Shown here: positions 8,509 to 18,072 of the stretch, in pieces
Layout of the letters: every line of letters starts with the position of its first letter
Numbering within the stretch: position 1 is the stretch's first letter
Virus record (IMG/VR): IMGVR_UViG_2651869696_000004
DNA: 23,729 bases
Reading direction: 5' to 3' (one strand)
Source: a virus
Taxonomy: Duplodnaviria; Heunggongvirae; Uroviricota; Caudoviricetes
Program-made: the position numbers and the translations under genes
Notes under the pieces: generated by a model
Database searches by the model: none
The model's input: only the letters and a program-made list of their open reading frames with translations
Told to the model about the DNA's origin: nothing

Positions 8509-10344
8509 TTACCTGCCAAAGCGCGTATAGCCAACATCATGGCTGACATCAAAACCGCTGGATCGCGTTTCCATAACCCGCATACCCGGAGGCGAATTCA
8601 CAAAAGAGACCTTGATCTCACCATCAACTTTTGGCGCAGAAGCTTTGTTAATCATGAAGGGATTCGGGCCTGTGGCATCGGAGGCGTTGTTTGACTGAGC
8701 CGGATCTACCGCCGGATAAGGTGTGTATCCCCGCGCCGGTATTCCCGTCCCATAAGCATCATAAGCACCCGCGCCCCACTGCGCAGAGTTAATGGCATCG
8801 ACCGTGTCACCGGAACTGTCGGTAAACCACTCAATAATTGGCTTCAGCTTGTCCCACATATTCTGAAACCACTTAACAACCGGTCCCCAGTTATTGATGA
8901 CCATCCCCAGCGGCGACCAGGCAAAAACTTTCTTCAGAAGTTCCCAGCCAGCCTCAAAATAAGGACCAATGGTTTCCCAGAGTTTCTTAAAATAAGGTCC
9001 GACAACATCCCAGTTAGTGATAATTAATCCCGCAGCCAGGGCTATCGCCGTCGCAATCATGCCAATCGGCGTCATCGACATGATCCTGCTGACAATACTG
9101 ATGGCACCGCCAACGCCCATCAATCCCAGTTTCAGAATCGCAAGACCGGCAGCAAGCCCGACGACGCCGCGAATAACCCGGGGATTTTCATCCGCAAACT
9201 TCGTGAATTTTTCCCCTAACACCCCCAGCCATTGCGTGATATTTTTAGCGTCACCAGAAAATGCGCCGCCAATAGCTGCAAGACCGTTAGTTGCGGTCCC
9301 CGTCATTGCCTCCCACAGGTTGGACAGCGTACCAAGCTGTGCCTGAACACGTTTATTCAGGCTGGCCTGTTTATTCATCTTCTGCTGGATCTGATCGTAG
9401 CCATCCTTTCCTTTATCGATTAGTGCATTGACCACCTGAAGGGTTTCGGCATCATCACCAAATATTGCCTTAAGTACACCTGTTCGCTTAACGTCGGTCA
9501 GTTTTCGCAGCTTTGCCAGTTGCCTGAACATGTTATCAAGACCGCCAAAACTTCCTTTGCCGTCAGTAAAATCGAGCTGTACCCCGAGTTTCTGGCGGGC
9601 CATGACTTTATTGACGTCCCTGATTTTCTTAACGCTTAATCCGGACTGGATAACTTTTCGCAGGGCATTACCTGCCGACTCCCCGTTCATCCCCATCTGA
9701 TCCATCATGACGCTGATGGGGGCAAGGCTCTGTGCAGCCTGAAGACCGTCCTTGTTCACCATCTTCAGAACAGAGCTGGTTTTAGTGAAGAAGGACAACA
9801 TGTTGGTATCGTCAACGCCCAGATAAAACGCCTTCTGGATAGTGTCGAACAGCCCCATCATGTCTTCTGACGCCGTTCCGGTAGCATCCTGCATCTTTGC
9901 GGCAAACTCAGCAGCCGCTTCCGGTGTTTTTTTCAGTTGTACCGCAAGATAAGCAGTCGCTTTCCCCACACCGCCAAGAATGTTTTCTGCCGGGATCCCC
10001 TGACGCACCAGCATCTGCATCATGTTCTGGAAATCAGCCGTTGTACCGGGTAGCTGGTTACCCAGACCAATAGCCAGTTTATTGATGTCCTGAAAGCTCT
10101 TTCCGACCTCACCGTTCGCATCCATCATGGCAACTTTCAGCCCGGTGGCGGCGTTTTCCTGATCGGCATAAGATTTCAGGGAAAGCGTCAGACCCGCTGC
10201 CAGTCCGCCACCAAGCGCCAGCCCACCCTGTGACGCTTCTTCCGCCTGGCGTTTAAATCCCCGGATTTTCTTTTGCATTTTCGACAGCGCGGGAGAAAGC
10301 CTGTCGACACCGGTGATCAACGCCTTAAGCTCAAATTCAGCCAT
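8509..10344 (-). CDS. Tail tape measure protein
   Basis: 611 aa; Gly/Ala-rich hydrophobic central segments; sits downstream of the chaperone pair. Confidence 0.85.
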   Translation of the reverse strand: MAEFELKALITGVDRLSPALSKMQKKIRGFKRQAEEASQGGLALGGGLAAGLTLSLKSYADQENAATGLKVAMMDANGEVGKSFQDINKLAIGLGNQLPGTTADFQNMMQMLVRQGIPAENILGGVGKATAYLAVQLKKTPEAAAEFAAKMQDATGTASEDMMGLFDTIQKAFYLGVDDTNMLSFFTKTSSVLKMVNKDGLQAAQSLAPISVMMDQMGMNGESAGNALRKVIQSGLSVKKIRDVNKVMARQKLGVQLDFTDGKGSFGGLDNMFRQLAKLRKLTDVKRTGVLKAIFGDDAETLQVVNALIDKGKDGYDQIQQKMNKQASLNKRVQAQLGTLSNLWEAMTGTATNGLAAIGGAFSGDAKNITQWLGVLGEKFTKFADENPRVIRGVVGLAAGLAILKLGLMGVGGAISIVSRIMSMTPIGMIATAIALAAGLIITNWDVVGPYFKKLWETIGPYFEAGWELLKKVFAWSPLGMVINNWGPVVKWFQNMWDKLKPIIEWFTDSSGDTVDAINSAQWGAGAYDAYGTGIPARGYTPYPAVDPAQSNNASDATGPNPFMINKASAPKVDGEIKVSFVNSPPGMRVMETRSSGFDVSHDVGYTRFGR

Positions 10345-10519
10345 GTGTGCGTTTCTCCTGCTCTATCCTGTTTGCCTGACTGACCAGCAAGGGAATTTCA
10401 CTGATCGGCATATTCAGCAATTCGAAGGGATTAATGCGCCAGTAGCTGGCGCAGTCAAAGAAGCGATCAGTGAGGTATTCAGCCGTCAGGCCTGGAGGAA
10501 AAAACCGGCCACAAGCCAC
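10337..10519 (-). CDS. Tail assembly chaperone -1 frame extension (GT-like)
   Basis: ORF in the -1 frame overlapping the 3' end of the chaperone gene and running to the tape measure start. Confidence 0.6.
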   Translation of the reverse strand: MACGRFFPPGLTAEYLTDRFFDCASYWRINPFELLNMPISEIPLLVSQANRIEQEKRTHG

Positions 10520-10755
10520 GCCGCTGCATTCAGGTCTGCCGGAGACATCTGGTCGACAGAGTTTTGCGGCACTTTCGCCAGCCGCACAATGTATTTCGAT
10601 ACCACATGCGCCAGAAGTCTGACGGACTCATCCTGATTCATCTGGTAGGGATACCCCAGCTCGCGGACATCTTTCCCGGTGGGCTCATCAAACTCCAGTA
10701 CGGAGAGTGTCTCGCCATGAGCGGTAATCGGTTTCTTTAACTCAAGCTCTTTCAT
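10486..10755 (-). CDS. Tail assembly chaperone (G-like, Mu gp41 analogue)
   Basis: 89 aa between tube and tape measure genes; ends 6 codons after a slippery heptamer. Confidence 0.65.
   Translation of the reverse strand: MKELELKKPITAHGETLSVLEFDEPTGKDVRELGYPYQMNQDESVRLLAHVVSKYIVRLAKVPQNSVDQMSPADLNAAAWLVAGFFLQA
10498..10504 (-). promoter_or_regulatory. Candidate -1 programmed frameshift slippery heptamer T_TTT_TTC
   Basis: Minus strand reads gcc ggT TTT TTC ctc cag gcc tga in the chaperone frame; the overlapping ORF is in the -1 frame. Confidence 0.5.
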
Positions 10756-11111
10756 TACTGGTAATCCCCTTCTTCACCGTGGAACTCAAGATCGACCGTG
10801 CCTTCTTCGGCATTATGGTTCGCTTCGCCGTGCAGCCAGGCAGACGACAGTACATAGACCTGACCGTTCGCCAGCTCGGCAGTGATGGTCATCTCATCAG
10901 ACGAGGTGATTTTGCTCACCGGAAAATTCTTCGGCACCTTGAAGGTCCCTTTGACATAAGGCGCACGGTGAGTTTCCTTGCGGTCCACTGAACCGTCCAG
11001 GCCGATGATGTCATCATTGACCGTCCTGTTCATGGGCACCTCAATGCCGCCGGTCAGCGATAGCTGCTGACCGTCAATTTTGAAATAACAGGTTCCCCCG
11101 ATACGGGCCAT
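10755..11111 (-). CDS. Tail tube protein (Mu gp40-like)
   Basis: 118 aa immediately downstream of sheath gene. Confidence 0.8.
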   Translation of the reverse strand: MARIGGTCYFKIDGQQLSLTGGIEVPMNRTVNDDIIGLDGSVDRKETHRAPYVKGTFKVPKNFPVSKITSSDEMTITAELANGQVYVLSSAWLHGEANHNAEEGTVDLEFHGEEGDYQ

Positions 11112-12607
11112 TATGCAGACTCCTCTGAATACTGAAGACGGAACTGATTAACCACGGCAAAGACACGCAGCTGGTTAACATAGTCAGGCGGGAACAGCGT
11201 GTTCAGGCGGTTCGGATCGCTGGCATCACGCTCCACAACCAGGTACTGCTTAAACAGTTCGTAGTTTTCCACGATCCCCGCACGCTCAAGCTGACGGTAG
11301 GTTGCCAGCAGTTCCCCTTTGATCACCGCCGGGGTGACAATCGCCTGACCGGGACCAAAGCGGGTACCGTCACTGGCAAGCTTGTGACGCCCGTACTTAC
11401 TGGTAATGACGGATTTCAGTTTGCGCAGTACATACGCGCTGGTATGCAGCGTCTCACTGTCGAGGTAACTGTTATCCGCAACCCCGTAAGCGTTTTTCCT
11501 GTACGTGGTGACATCACGCTGAATGCGTAGTACCCCGTTTTCGACATACGCCGTTGCCACGCCATGAGACAGCAGGGTCTGTTGTTCGGTCATCGTGAAC
11601 CGTTTCCCCTTCGGCGCAGGCAGCATACCCACCAGCTCACCGGTCTGCGTGGGACGTGCCGGATCGTTGCGGATAAACACCGCTGCGCGGGCGGTACGGC
11701 TTGCCGCCAGCTCGTCGGCAGGCGTCTGGGTCTCTTTTTCGTACCCCGCCAGGGTAATGTGCTGCTGGTTAAACTGGTCACCTGCGGTCACCAGTTCTGA
11801 CAGCGTGCCGATCTTTGCCGTATACACATGACCATACAGCTGACGCGCATAGCTCCAGCGACCGCTGGTATCGTTCATCTCGGTCACCAGCGTGTTAACG
11901 GAGGCCGTGTCGTTGAACGGCAGGCCGATATAATCAAACGGCTCATCCGCCATTGCAGCCACCGCGCCGGTGAGAACAGGAGAGCCCGTTCCGGCGGTCC
12001 CCGTCGCCACGGCAATCTGTACGCCCGCAGGCAGCACTTCGCCCCCACCAAAGCCGTAGTAATTGAGGCTGACAGGAATTTCATTCCCGCAAAGCCCCTT
12101 ATGACGCGCGGTCAGTGTGACCACGCCAGCCGAAGATGAGGCCGTAAACGGCAGGGCCGGAACGGCATTGATGGCATCCTGGATACTGCTGGCAATCGTC
12201 GTGACGTTATCGCCGTTAGTCACCGGTGCCTGCACGCGGGTACGTCCCACATAAACATTCACCGTGCCGGTTTCGGTTGCCGCCCCGGTCACCGTCAGCG
12301 TAACTGTTGCCGCCGCGCCCGTGGATTCAGGAACGGCAATTACATACAGTTCACCAAACGGGTCGGTCTGGCGATAAGCCTCGACCATACGCGCCAGCTG
12401 ACTTCCCGCACCACAAATCTGGCGTGCATAGTCTGCCGACGGCATCAGCACCAGACTGTTGGCAACAATCTCTGCACCGTTATTGGCATGACCAATCAGC
12501 AGCGATGCTCCGCTGTCCTGTGCAGTATTCGCCGCCTGGTTATCCATTTCCGCATAAAACAGCGGAACCAGCGTATTCGACGGAATGGTGTTAAAGCTTA
12601 TCGTCAT
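11111..12607 (-). CDS. Contractile tail sheath protein (Mu L / gp39-like)
   Basis: 498 aa; position and size; followed by the tube gene with ATGA overlap. Confidence 0.85.
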   Translation of the reverse strand: MTISFNTIPSNTLVPLFYAEMDNQAANTAQDSGASLLIGHANNGAEIVANSLVLMPSADYARQICGAGSQLARMVEAYRQTDPFGELYVIAVPESTGAAATVTLTVTGAATETGTVNVYVGRTRVQAPVTNGDNVTTIASSIQDAINAVPALPFTASSSAGVVTLTARHKGLCGNEIPVSLNYYGFGGGEVLPAGVQIAVATGTAGTGSPVLTGAVAAMADEPFDYIGLPFNDTASVNTLVTEMNDTSGRWSYARQLYGHVYTAKIGTLSELVTAGDQFNQQHITLAGYEKETQTPADELAASRTARAAVFIRNDPARPTQTGELVGMLPAPKGKRFTMTEQQTLLSHGVATAYVENGVLRIQRDVTTYRKNAYGVADNSYLDSETLHTSAYVLRKLKSVITSKYGRHKLASDGTRFGPGQAIVTPAVIKGELLATYRQLERAGIVENYELFKQYLVVERDASDPNRLNTLFPPDYVNQLRVFAVVNQFRLQYSEESA

Positions 12608-12760
12608 CGGTGTTCACCTTTTTATTCACGCGCCGGATATCACCCGCTGCTTCACGGCGCAGCCAGTAGTTATTCTCGTCAACATTTCGCCCTTCGGCGG
12701 GCAAAAGGTCACCGCGGGCAGGGTCAGGCACTGACCGCCCTTTAACAGGTTTCACAAACA
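12591..12760 (-). CDS. Small DUF2635-like Mu-type protein, apparently disrupted by a 1-nt frameshift
   Basis: ATG at 12760 gives MFVKPVKGRSVPD, then the protein-like continuation PARGDLLPAEGRNVDENNYWLRREAAGDIRRV... lies in the next frame (stop 12591-12593); in-frame reading stops at 12626. Confidence 0.4.
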
Positions 12761-12769
12761 TGAAGATTC

Positions 12770-13330
12770 TCAGGAAGGAAGGGTTATTTCGGTGTGATGT
12801 TCGATATCGCCGTCAGGCCCGTTACCGGGATCGAGATAATCAACATCAATCGCCAGCGTTCGCAGTTCATCCAGACTGTTCAGGTCATCCTGCTGGCGGG
12901 TATCGTCTTCAGTCAGCTCGCTGATGATCGAAAAATCGAACTGATAAATCAGCTCATGACGATTCAGATCCAGCAGCGTGCCGCCGTCATAGTTAATCGG
13001 ATTACCGCACGCTTCCGGGTTCCAGCCCAGCAGGGCCTTAAAGAGCATCTGCCGGACATCGTCCACCACATCATACGAAGCAAACTGACCGCGCTCATCA
13101 CGCCCGTTACTCAGTATGACAACCACGGAGAAGCCCTCTTTCAGCTCCTGCCAGTAGTCGGTCTGGCTTTTGTTTTCTCCCGGAGAATCATCCCCCGGTA
13201 CCACATACGCCGCCGGGAGTCTCAGCTTTCCGACCTCCGGCAGATTTTTGAACTGTGCCGCGCCTGCAACCCGGTTTTCAAAATACGGACAGCGGGCACG
13301 CAGTGCAGCAATAACAGGCGTCAGTTTCAT
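12770..13330 (-). CDS. Putative tail completion / neck protein (virion structural, acidic)
   Basis: 186 aa; position between head-tail joining genes and sheath; assignment by synteny only. Confidence 0.45.
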   Translation of the reverse strand: MKLTPVIAALRARCPYFENRVAGAAQFKNLPEVGKLRLPAAYVVPGDDSPGENKSQTDYWQELKEGFSVVVILSNGRDERGQFASYDVVDDVRQMLFKALLGWNPEACGNPINYDGGTLLDLNRHELIYQFDFSIISELTEDDTRQQDDLNSLDELRTLAIDVDYLDPGNGPDGDIEHHTEITLPS

Positions 13331-13833
13331 CTGTGTCGTCGCTCCGGCTTCAGTGATTTACGCAATTCCCGCGCCAGAAAATAGCGTGTCCAGCTGTGGT
13401 TCTTTTCAAGCGTTTCCACCATGAAGTTATTACGTGGAGCCAGTCGCCAGCCTCTGCCACCGGATGCACCACGATGATGGCTGCGACGACGCTTTGCCCC
13501 TCTCTTCACGCCATAGAACAAAAAAGCCGGATAAAAATCACCGGTGATGCGGCGGTTTCCCTCACCATTACGCTGGTTAGGGGCTATACGTGCCATAAAA
13601 CCAGGGCGATGTTTACTGGCTCTGGGTACCATGTAACCAATCGAACGAGCCAGGCGTCCGGTCTGATAACCGGGGTTTTCACCCGGTGCCGACCGCGCAC
13701 GGCGCATCACCAGCCGACGGGCATCACGCATATGACGCTGACCAATCGTGACAAACGCCCGCCGGACACGGGCGCGGTTAAAGCGCATCTCCGCGGGCTG
13801 CTGAAAATCAACGTGCAAAAAGGAAGTCGTCAT
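13327..13833 (-). CDS. Head-tail joining protein (HK97 gp10-like family, tentative)
   Basis: 168 aa, basic; synteny downstream of adaptor. Confidence 0.5.
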   Translation of the reverse strand: MTTSFLHVDFQQPAEMRFNRARVRRAFVTIGQRHMRDARRLVMRRARSAPGENPGYQTGRLARSIGYMVPRASKHRPGFMARIAPNQRNGEGNRRITGDFYPAFLFYGVKRGAKRRRSHHRGASGGRGWRLAPRNNFMVETLEKNHSWTRYFLARELRKSLKPERRHR

Positions 13834-14218
13834 TGTTGCCTCCGTGACTCTGCCTACATTCGCCCAGCTCCGTACACTCCAGCAGCAGAAAGCGCCGCGC
13901 CCCGTTCAGATCGCGCTGACGTTTCACCCGGTACACACTGTCACCGCAGACCACCTCATAATCAGCGGTGATCCCCCGGCGGTAACGAATGGTGATGTAA
14001 TGGGTGATGGCGTCCCCGGTCTGCGCGGTTTCCTGCCAGGTGGTGGCACTGGTCTGGATAACCTTCGCCCATGTCCGGAACGTAACCGGGTATTGAGGCT
14101 CCACGCCAAAGTTATCCGCGGGCATATCCACCCGCAGGCGGATCAGGACGCGTTTATTCAGTTCACCGGGGTCCGGCAGAATGTAGGTTGCGCTGGTCTG
14201 CGCCTGACGAATTTTCAT
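13808..14218 (-). CDS. Head-tail adaptor / head closure protein
   Basis: 136 aa; synteny; sequence pattern compatible with Phage_H_T_join-type adaptors. Confidence 0.6.
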   Translation of the reverse strand: MKIRQAQTSATYILPDPGELNKRVLIRLRVDMPADNFGVEPQYPVTFRTWAKVIQTSATTWQETAQTGDAITHYITIRYRRGITADYEVVCGDSVYRVKRQRDLNGARRFLLLECTELGECRQSHGGNNDDFLFAR

Positions 14219-14538
14219 TGCGGAAAGTACCTGTACGGGCCGACAAGCCAGCCAAAACTCTGCGGCATGTCGAGTTTCTCCACTTCCGTAACCGACGAGC
14301 GGTTTTCGTAAAAATGGCTGATAAGCATCAGCATCCCCAGACGAATATCATCCGGCAGGTGCAGCCCGTCCGGATCGCTGTCCGGAATGGTTTCATCCGG
14401 TGCATAGAGCTTCCGGTTCAGATACGTTTCCGTCCGCTTTTGTGCCGCACATGCCAGCAGTTGCAGATGGCGGTCATCAGTATCGAAATCCTCATCCAGC
14501 CGGAGTTGGGCTTTAATCTCTTCCATTGTCAGAAGCAT
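14215..14538 (-). CDS. Head-tail connector protein (gp6-like)
   Basis: 107 aa; N-terminal MEEIKAQLRLDEDFDTDD is typical of gp6-like connector proteins. Confidence 0.65.
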   Translation of the reverse strand: MLLTMEEIKAQLRLDEDFDTDDRHLQLLACAAQKRTETYLNRKLYAPDETIPDSDPDGLHLPDDIRLGMLMLISHFYENRSSVTEVEKLDMPQSFGWLVGPYRYFPQ

Positions 14539-14540
14539 AC

Positions 14541-14741
14541 TCAGCCCTCTTTACTGGTCGTGGCTTTTTTCTCTTTTGCCGCTTTACTGCTTTTTGCACT
14601 GATTCCGCGCTCTGCTAACCCGGCCTGAAGTGCAATCTCCTGCACCCGGGCAGGAAGCGCCCCGTCGTCATACTCACCGGCCCGAATGACCTCAACACGC
14701 ATACCGTCCGGTGACCATTTCAGATCTTGTTTCAGGATCAT
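14541..14741 (-). CDS. Hypothetical small protein downstream of major capsid gene
   Basis: 66 aa ORF with Lys-rich C-terminus; no recognisable motif. Confidence 0.4.
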   Translation of the reverse strand: MILKQDLKWSPDGMRVEVIRAGEYDDGALPARVQEIALQAGLAERGISAKSSKAAKEKKATTSKEG

Positions 14742-14761
14742 GATTCTTCACCCGTCAGAAC

Positions 14762-14783
14762 AGGGGCGCGGTTCCGCGCCCCT
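14762..14783 (-). other. GC-rich stem-loop (9-bp stem, 4-nt loop) immediately 3' of the major capsid gene; no U-tract
   Basis: aggggcgcg-gttc-cgcgcccct read directly, between capsid stop (14790) and next start (14741). Confidence 0.5.
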
Positions 14784-14789
14784 GAGTGA

Positions 14790-15995
14790 TTACGCCGCTG
14801 CAATCTTCAGCAGTTTGATGGCCTGCGAATCGACCAGCATCCCGCCGGTGCGCTTGGTGGTATAAAAACCGACAAACGGTTTATTGGTGTACGGGTCACG
14901 CAGAATGCGGGTGCCGATACGGTCAACGATGGTGTAACCCCGTTTGAAGTTACCAAATGCAATGGCTTTCGCATCAGCGGCGATATCCGGCATCTGTTCG
15001 TTTTCAGCGATACCGTAACCCGCCAGAGAGGACGGCTGCCCCAGTTCCAGCCCCGGACGCCACAGATAGTTACCCTCGGTGTCTTTCAGCAGACGGATGG
15101 CAAACAGGCTGTTGTTGTTCATCATGAACTTCGCGCCAGTGCGGTGTGCCTTACGCAGCGTGTAAATCAGTTTGATAATGGCGTCTGCGGTCACCGCGGT
15201 CGCTTCGCCGGATACAATATGCTGAAGTTTGCCGAACGCCCGGACCTTGTCGGTTTCATCAGTGGATTCATACGCCAGGAACCCTTTCGGCTTCTTGGTA
15301 CCATCGCCGGTGGTAAAGGCAATTTCTTCCTGTTCGGCAAATTCGGTTGCCAGCTCGCTGTTGATCCAGGCCTCCACGTTGAAAAAGGCATCATCCAGCA
15401 TTTTCTGGGTGGCCTGCGGGTTACCGTAGATTTCCCCCATGAAAGGTTCAATCAGCCCCAGTCTGGAAGTGGCAGTCTGGGAGCGCGCGTCAGTCTCGCC
15501 AACCCATCCGGAAGCCGTGCCGCCCAGATTCACAAGTTTTTTGTAGTCGGAACCGCCAACGGTGATCACCGTGGCTTCCTGGCGCATCACCACTTCATCT
15601 TTCAGCAAGGTCAGAATGTTGCGATCCAGCGCTTCCGGCACGGCATAGCCACCGTCTTCATCGGTGCCCACCTGTAATGCCTTGCGCTCCAGATCGCGCA
15701 GACCATCTTCACGGCCTTTACGCAGGAAGCCCACAAACGCTTCTTTATGCTCGGTGGCCAGTTTATTCTGCGCACCACCTGCCGGACGTTTCAGCTCAAG
15801 CAGCTCTTTTTCAAGGTCGCTTTTGAGATTTTCCAGCTCGCTGAGTTTTCCGTTCAGGGTTTCCACCTGCCCGGCAAGTTTGCCTTTTTCCTGCTCAATC
15901 GCCTCCACGCGCTTGTCGTTCTTTGCTTTGAAGTCGTCAAACTTCTGCTGCAGCTCCTGCGCGACCTGTTCGACATCTTTAATATCTACCGCCAT
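14790..15995 (-). CDS. Major capsid protein, HK97 family
   Basis: 401 aa with N-terminal coiled-coil delta-like region followed by HK97-type capsid domain; follows the prohead protease. Confidence 0.9.
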   Translation of the reverse strand: MAVDIKDVEQVAQELQQKFDDFKAKNDKRVEAIEQEKGKLAGQVETLNGKLSELENLKSDLEKELLELKRPAGGAQNKLATEHKEAFVGFLRKGREDGLRDLERKALQVGTDEDGGYAVPEALDRNILTLLKDEVVMRQEATVITVGGSDYKKLVNLGGTASGWVGETDARSQTATSRLGLIEPFMGEIYGNPQATQKMLDDAFFNVEAWINSELATEFAEQEEIAFTTGDGTKKPKGFLAYESTDETDKVRAFGKLQHIVSGEATAVTADAIIKLIYTLRKAHRTGAKFMMNNNSLFAIRLLKDTEGNYLWRPGLELGQPSSLAGYGIAENEQMPDIAADAKAIAFGNFKRGYTIVDRIGTRILRDPYTNKPFVGFYTTKRTGGMLVDSQAIKLLKIAAA

Positions 15996-16009
15996 CGTAT
16001 TTCTCCTGA

Positions 16010-16696
16010 TTAGAAGTTCAGATTTTTCAGTGCATTCAGTGCAGAGCTCACATCCTCAGCGTCGCGCAGGGACAGTGCGCTATAGCCCCCGGCCATGAAT
16101 GCTTTGGCCTGGGTACGGGAGAGTCCGACATCACGCAGGACTCTTTCGATTTTTTTCTGTTCGGGGATTTCCCCGCGGGCCAGCGCGTTCTTGACGTCGC
16201 TGATCCGTGCCTCGTCGTTAGACGGGAACGTCACCAGACTGACTTCCCAGAGGTCGATTTCTTTCAGCAGAAAGGCTTCTTTCGTCCGGTCGTATTCCCA
16301 GTCCTTCAGGACGTACCCAATAGAAAGGCCGGTTAACGAACCGGCCTTCATGTGTGCATGTGCGCGTTTTGCCAGGGGATCATCATCAATGAGCAACCGC
16401 CCCCTGACGTAAAGCCCGACATCGTCTTCCTTCATTTCGGTGTAAACACCGATGGGCTCATCCATGCGGTGCTGCCAGAGCAGCGCAGGTAACGCTTTTC
16501 TGTCACTCCACGCCCGCAGGGAAGCAGCAAATGCCCCGGACATCACCACATCATCGTGGCTGTCCTTTACACCAAAGACGGAGCCATACCCTTCAAACTC
16601 ACCGGAGTCACTGACAGATTTCAGACTCAGCGGTACATCAAGACGTTGTTTCGTCTGCATTGGCGTTATCCTTCTGCTTACCGGCTTTACTGCCAT
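16010..16696 (-). CDS. Prohead protease, HK97 family (start may be the internal ATG at 16660)
   Basis: 228 aa; GEFEGYGSVFGVKDSHDDVVMSGAF region typical of HK97 proteases; overlaps portal 3' end. Confidence 0.85.
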   Translation of the reverse strand: MAVKPVSRRITPMQTKQRLDVPLSLKSVSDSGEFEGYGSVFGVKDSHDDVVMSGAFAASLRAWSDRKALPALLWQHRMDEPIGVYTEMKEDDVGLYVRGRLLIDDDPLAKRAHAHMKAGSLTGLSIGYVLKDWEYDRTKEAFLLKEIDLWEVSLVTFPSNDEARISDVKNALARGEIPEQKKIERVLRDVGLSRTQAKAFMAGGYSALSLRDAEDVSSALNALKNLNF

Positions 16697-17879
16697 CGGA
16701 GGGTTTCGTGGTCATGTTCATCGGTGTGAGATAGACATCCCCACCGGGACGCGGATTCATATCTTCCAGGTCGCGGCAGTCATTGGGAGAGTAAATTCCC
16801 CAGTTAATCCCGGTGGCGTAGGCTTCAAAACGGGACTTCATATCCCCGCGCAGTAACGCCCCGGCGTTAAATTTGGCGTAATAAACGCCCTGCTTACTTT
16901 TTCGTACCAGTCCGGTGTTGATCCGCTGTTCGATGCGGGTCAGATACGGCACCAGTGAATAGTTGATAAATCCGAGCCCCAGTTCTTCGATATTGTTGAA
17001 GGTGGCGCGATCGGTGTTCTGCACCATGTGCAACGGTACCCGGAACAGACGACAGATTTCTTCAAGCTGAAACTTGCGGGTTTCCAGGAACTGGCTGTCC
17101 TCGGCGTTCAGCGCCATCGACTTCCAGTCCAGCCCCATCTCAAGGATCATCGGGCGGTGAGCATTGCCAAGCCCGGTGTGACGCTCCTCAAAATCTTTCT
17201 TCAGGCGCTCATAAGCCTGATCTGACAGCGTCTGCTCTGTACGCAACACACCCGACGTCACCGCACCATTGCTGAACAGTCTGGCCCCGTGCTCTTCAGT
17301 CGCTGCCGCCAGCGATATTGCCTCGCGGGCATAGGCGACGGGATTCAGCCCCACCAGTCCGTCCAGCGTCAGCGTGCGCACATGCCAGATATCCTCCTGG
17401 CTCAGCACATCCGTGGAGCCGTCCGGGAATGTGACCTGATAGACCGGCTCCCAGCTACTGTTAAGCTTCGGTACCACACAACCGGGATCGACGGGCAGCA
17501 GTTCAGCCACTTCGCCAAATGCTTTCACTTTGTAGGCGTAAAAGTTTCCCCTCAGGCACAGACAGGTGACCACCAGCTCCCAGAACTCCTGCGGCGTCAT
17601 ATAGCCATTGGGATGCGTGGAGATCAGCTTATGCAGACGTTCGCCGGTGGCTCTCTGTTTCAGGCTGCCGTTCAGGTGATACAGATTGCAGGGCAACATC
17701 CCGACCGACTCTGCCAGCACCCTGACGCAGGAAAAAACCGCCGTCAGTCGCATGGCCCGCTGGCTGCTGATCTGCTTTCCGGTATAGGTGTCATATGATA
17801 GCCCGATAGCCTCCGCCAGCTCTGCTGGCGTGGTCACCGGTGCGTCACTTTTTCGTTGAAATAATCCCGAAAAGAACAC
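16638..17879 (-). CDS. Portal protein, HK97 family
   Basis: 413 aa; position between terminase and protease; acidic C-terminal tail. Confidence 0.9.
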   Translation of the reverse strand: MFFSGLFQRKSDAPVTTPAELAEAIGLSYDTYTGKQISSQRAMRLTAVFSCVRVLAESVGMLPCNLYHLNGSLKQRATGERLHKLISTHPNGYMTPQEFWELVVTCLCLRGNFYAYKVKAFGEVAELLPVDPGCVVPKLNSSWEPVYQVTFPDGSTDVLSQEDIWHVRTLTLDGLVGLNPVAYAREAISLAAATEEHGARLFSNGAVTSGVLRTEQTLSDQAYERLKKDFEERHTGLGNAHRPMILEMGLDWKSMALNAEDSQFLETRKFQLEEICRLFRVPLHMVQNTDRATFNNIEELGLGFINYSLVPYLTRIEQRINTGLVRKSKQGVYYAKFNAGALLRGDMKSRFEAYATGINWGIYSPNDCRDLEDMNPRPGGDVYLTPMNMTTKPSDGSKAGKQKDNANADETTS

Positions 17880-18061
17880 TATTTACCTCCGCCGAAAGAC
17901 GGCTGTGTACGGTCGAGATATCGCGCCACCAGCCACGACCAGAACAGACACAACGCCCCGGCAACAACAAACCCCGCCGGGGGATAAATCAGCCAGGCAC
18001 CATACGCCAGCAAAAGCGCCCCCAGCACGCCCACCAGAGGCGCGAGAATCAGCATGATCAT
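17879..18061 (-). CDS. Small two-helix membrane protein between terminase and portal
   Basis: 60 aa with two hydrophobic segments; function unknown. Confidence 0.45.
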   Translation of the reverse strand: MIMLILAPLVGVLGALLLAYGAWLIYPPAGFVVAGALCLFWSWLVARYLDRTQPSFGGGK

Positions 18062-18072
18062 AATTACCTCAG

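Noticed and set aside
1260-12730. Treating the single-base frame breaks at 1266-1269 and 12719-12722 as definite pseudogenising mutations
   Set aside because: Both fall in short G/C runs and could be homopolymer sequencing errors, although all large structural ORFs are intact; reported as findings with that caveat rather than asserted.
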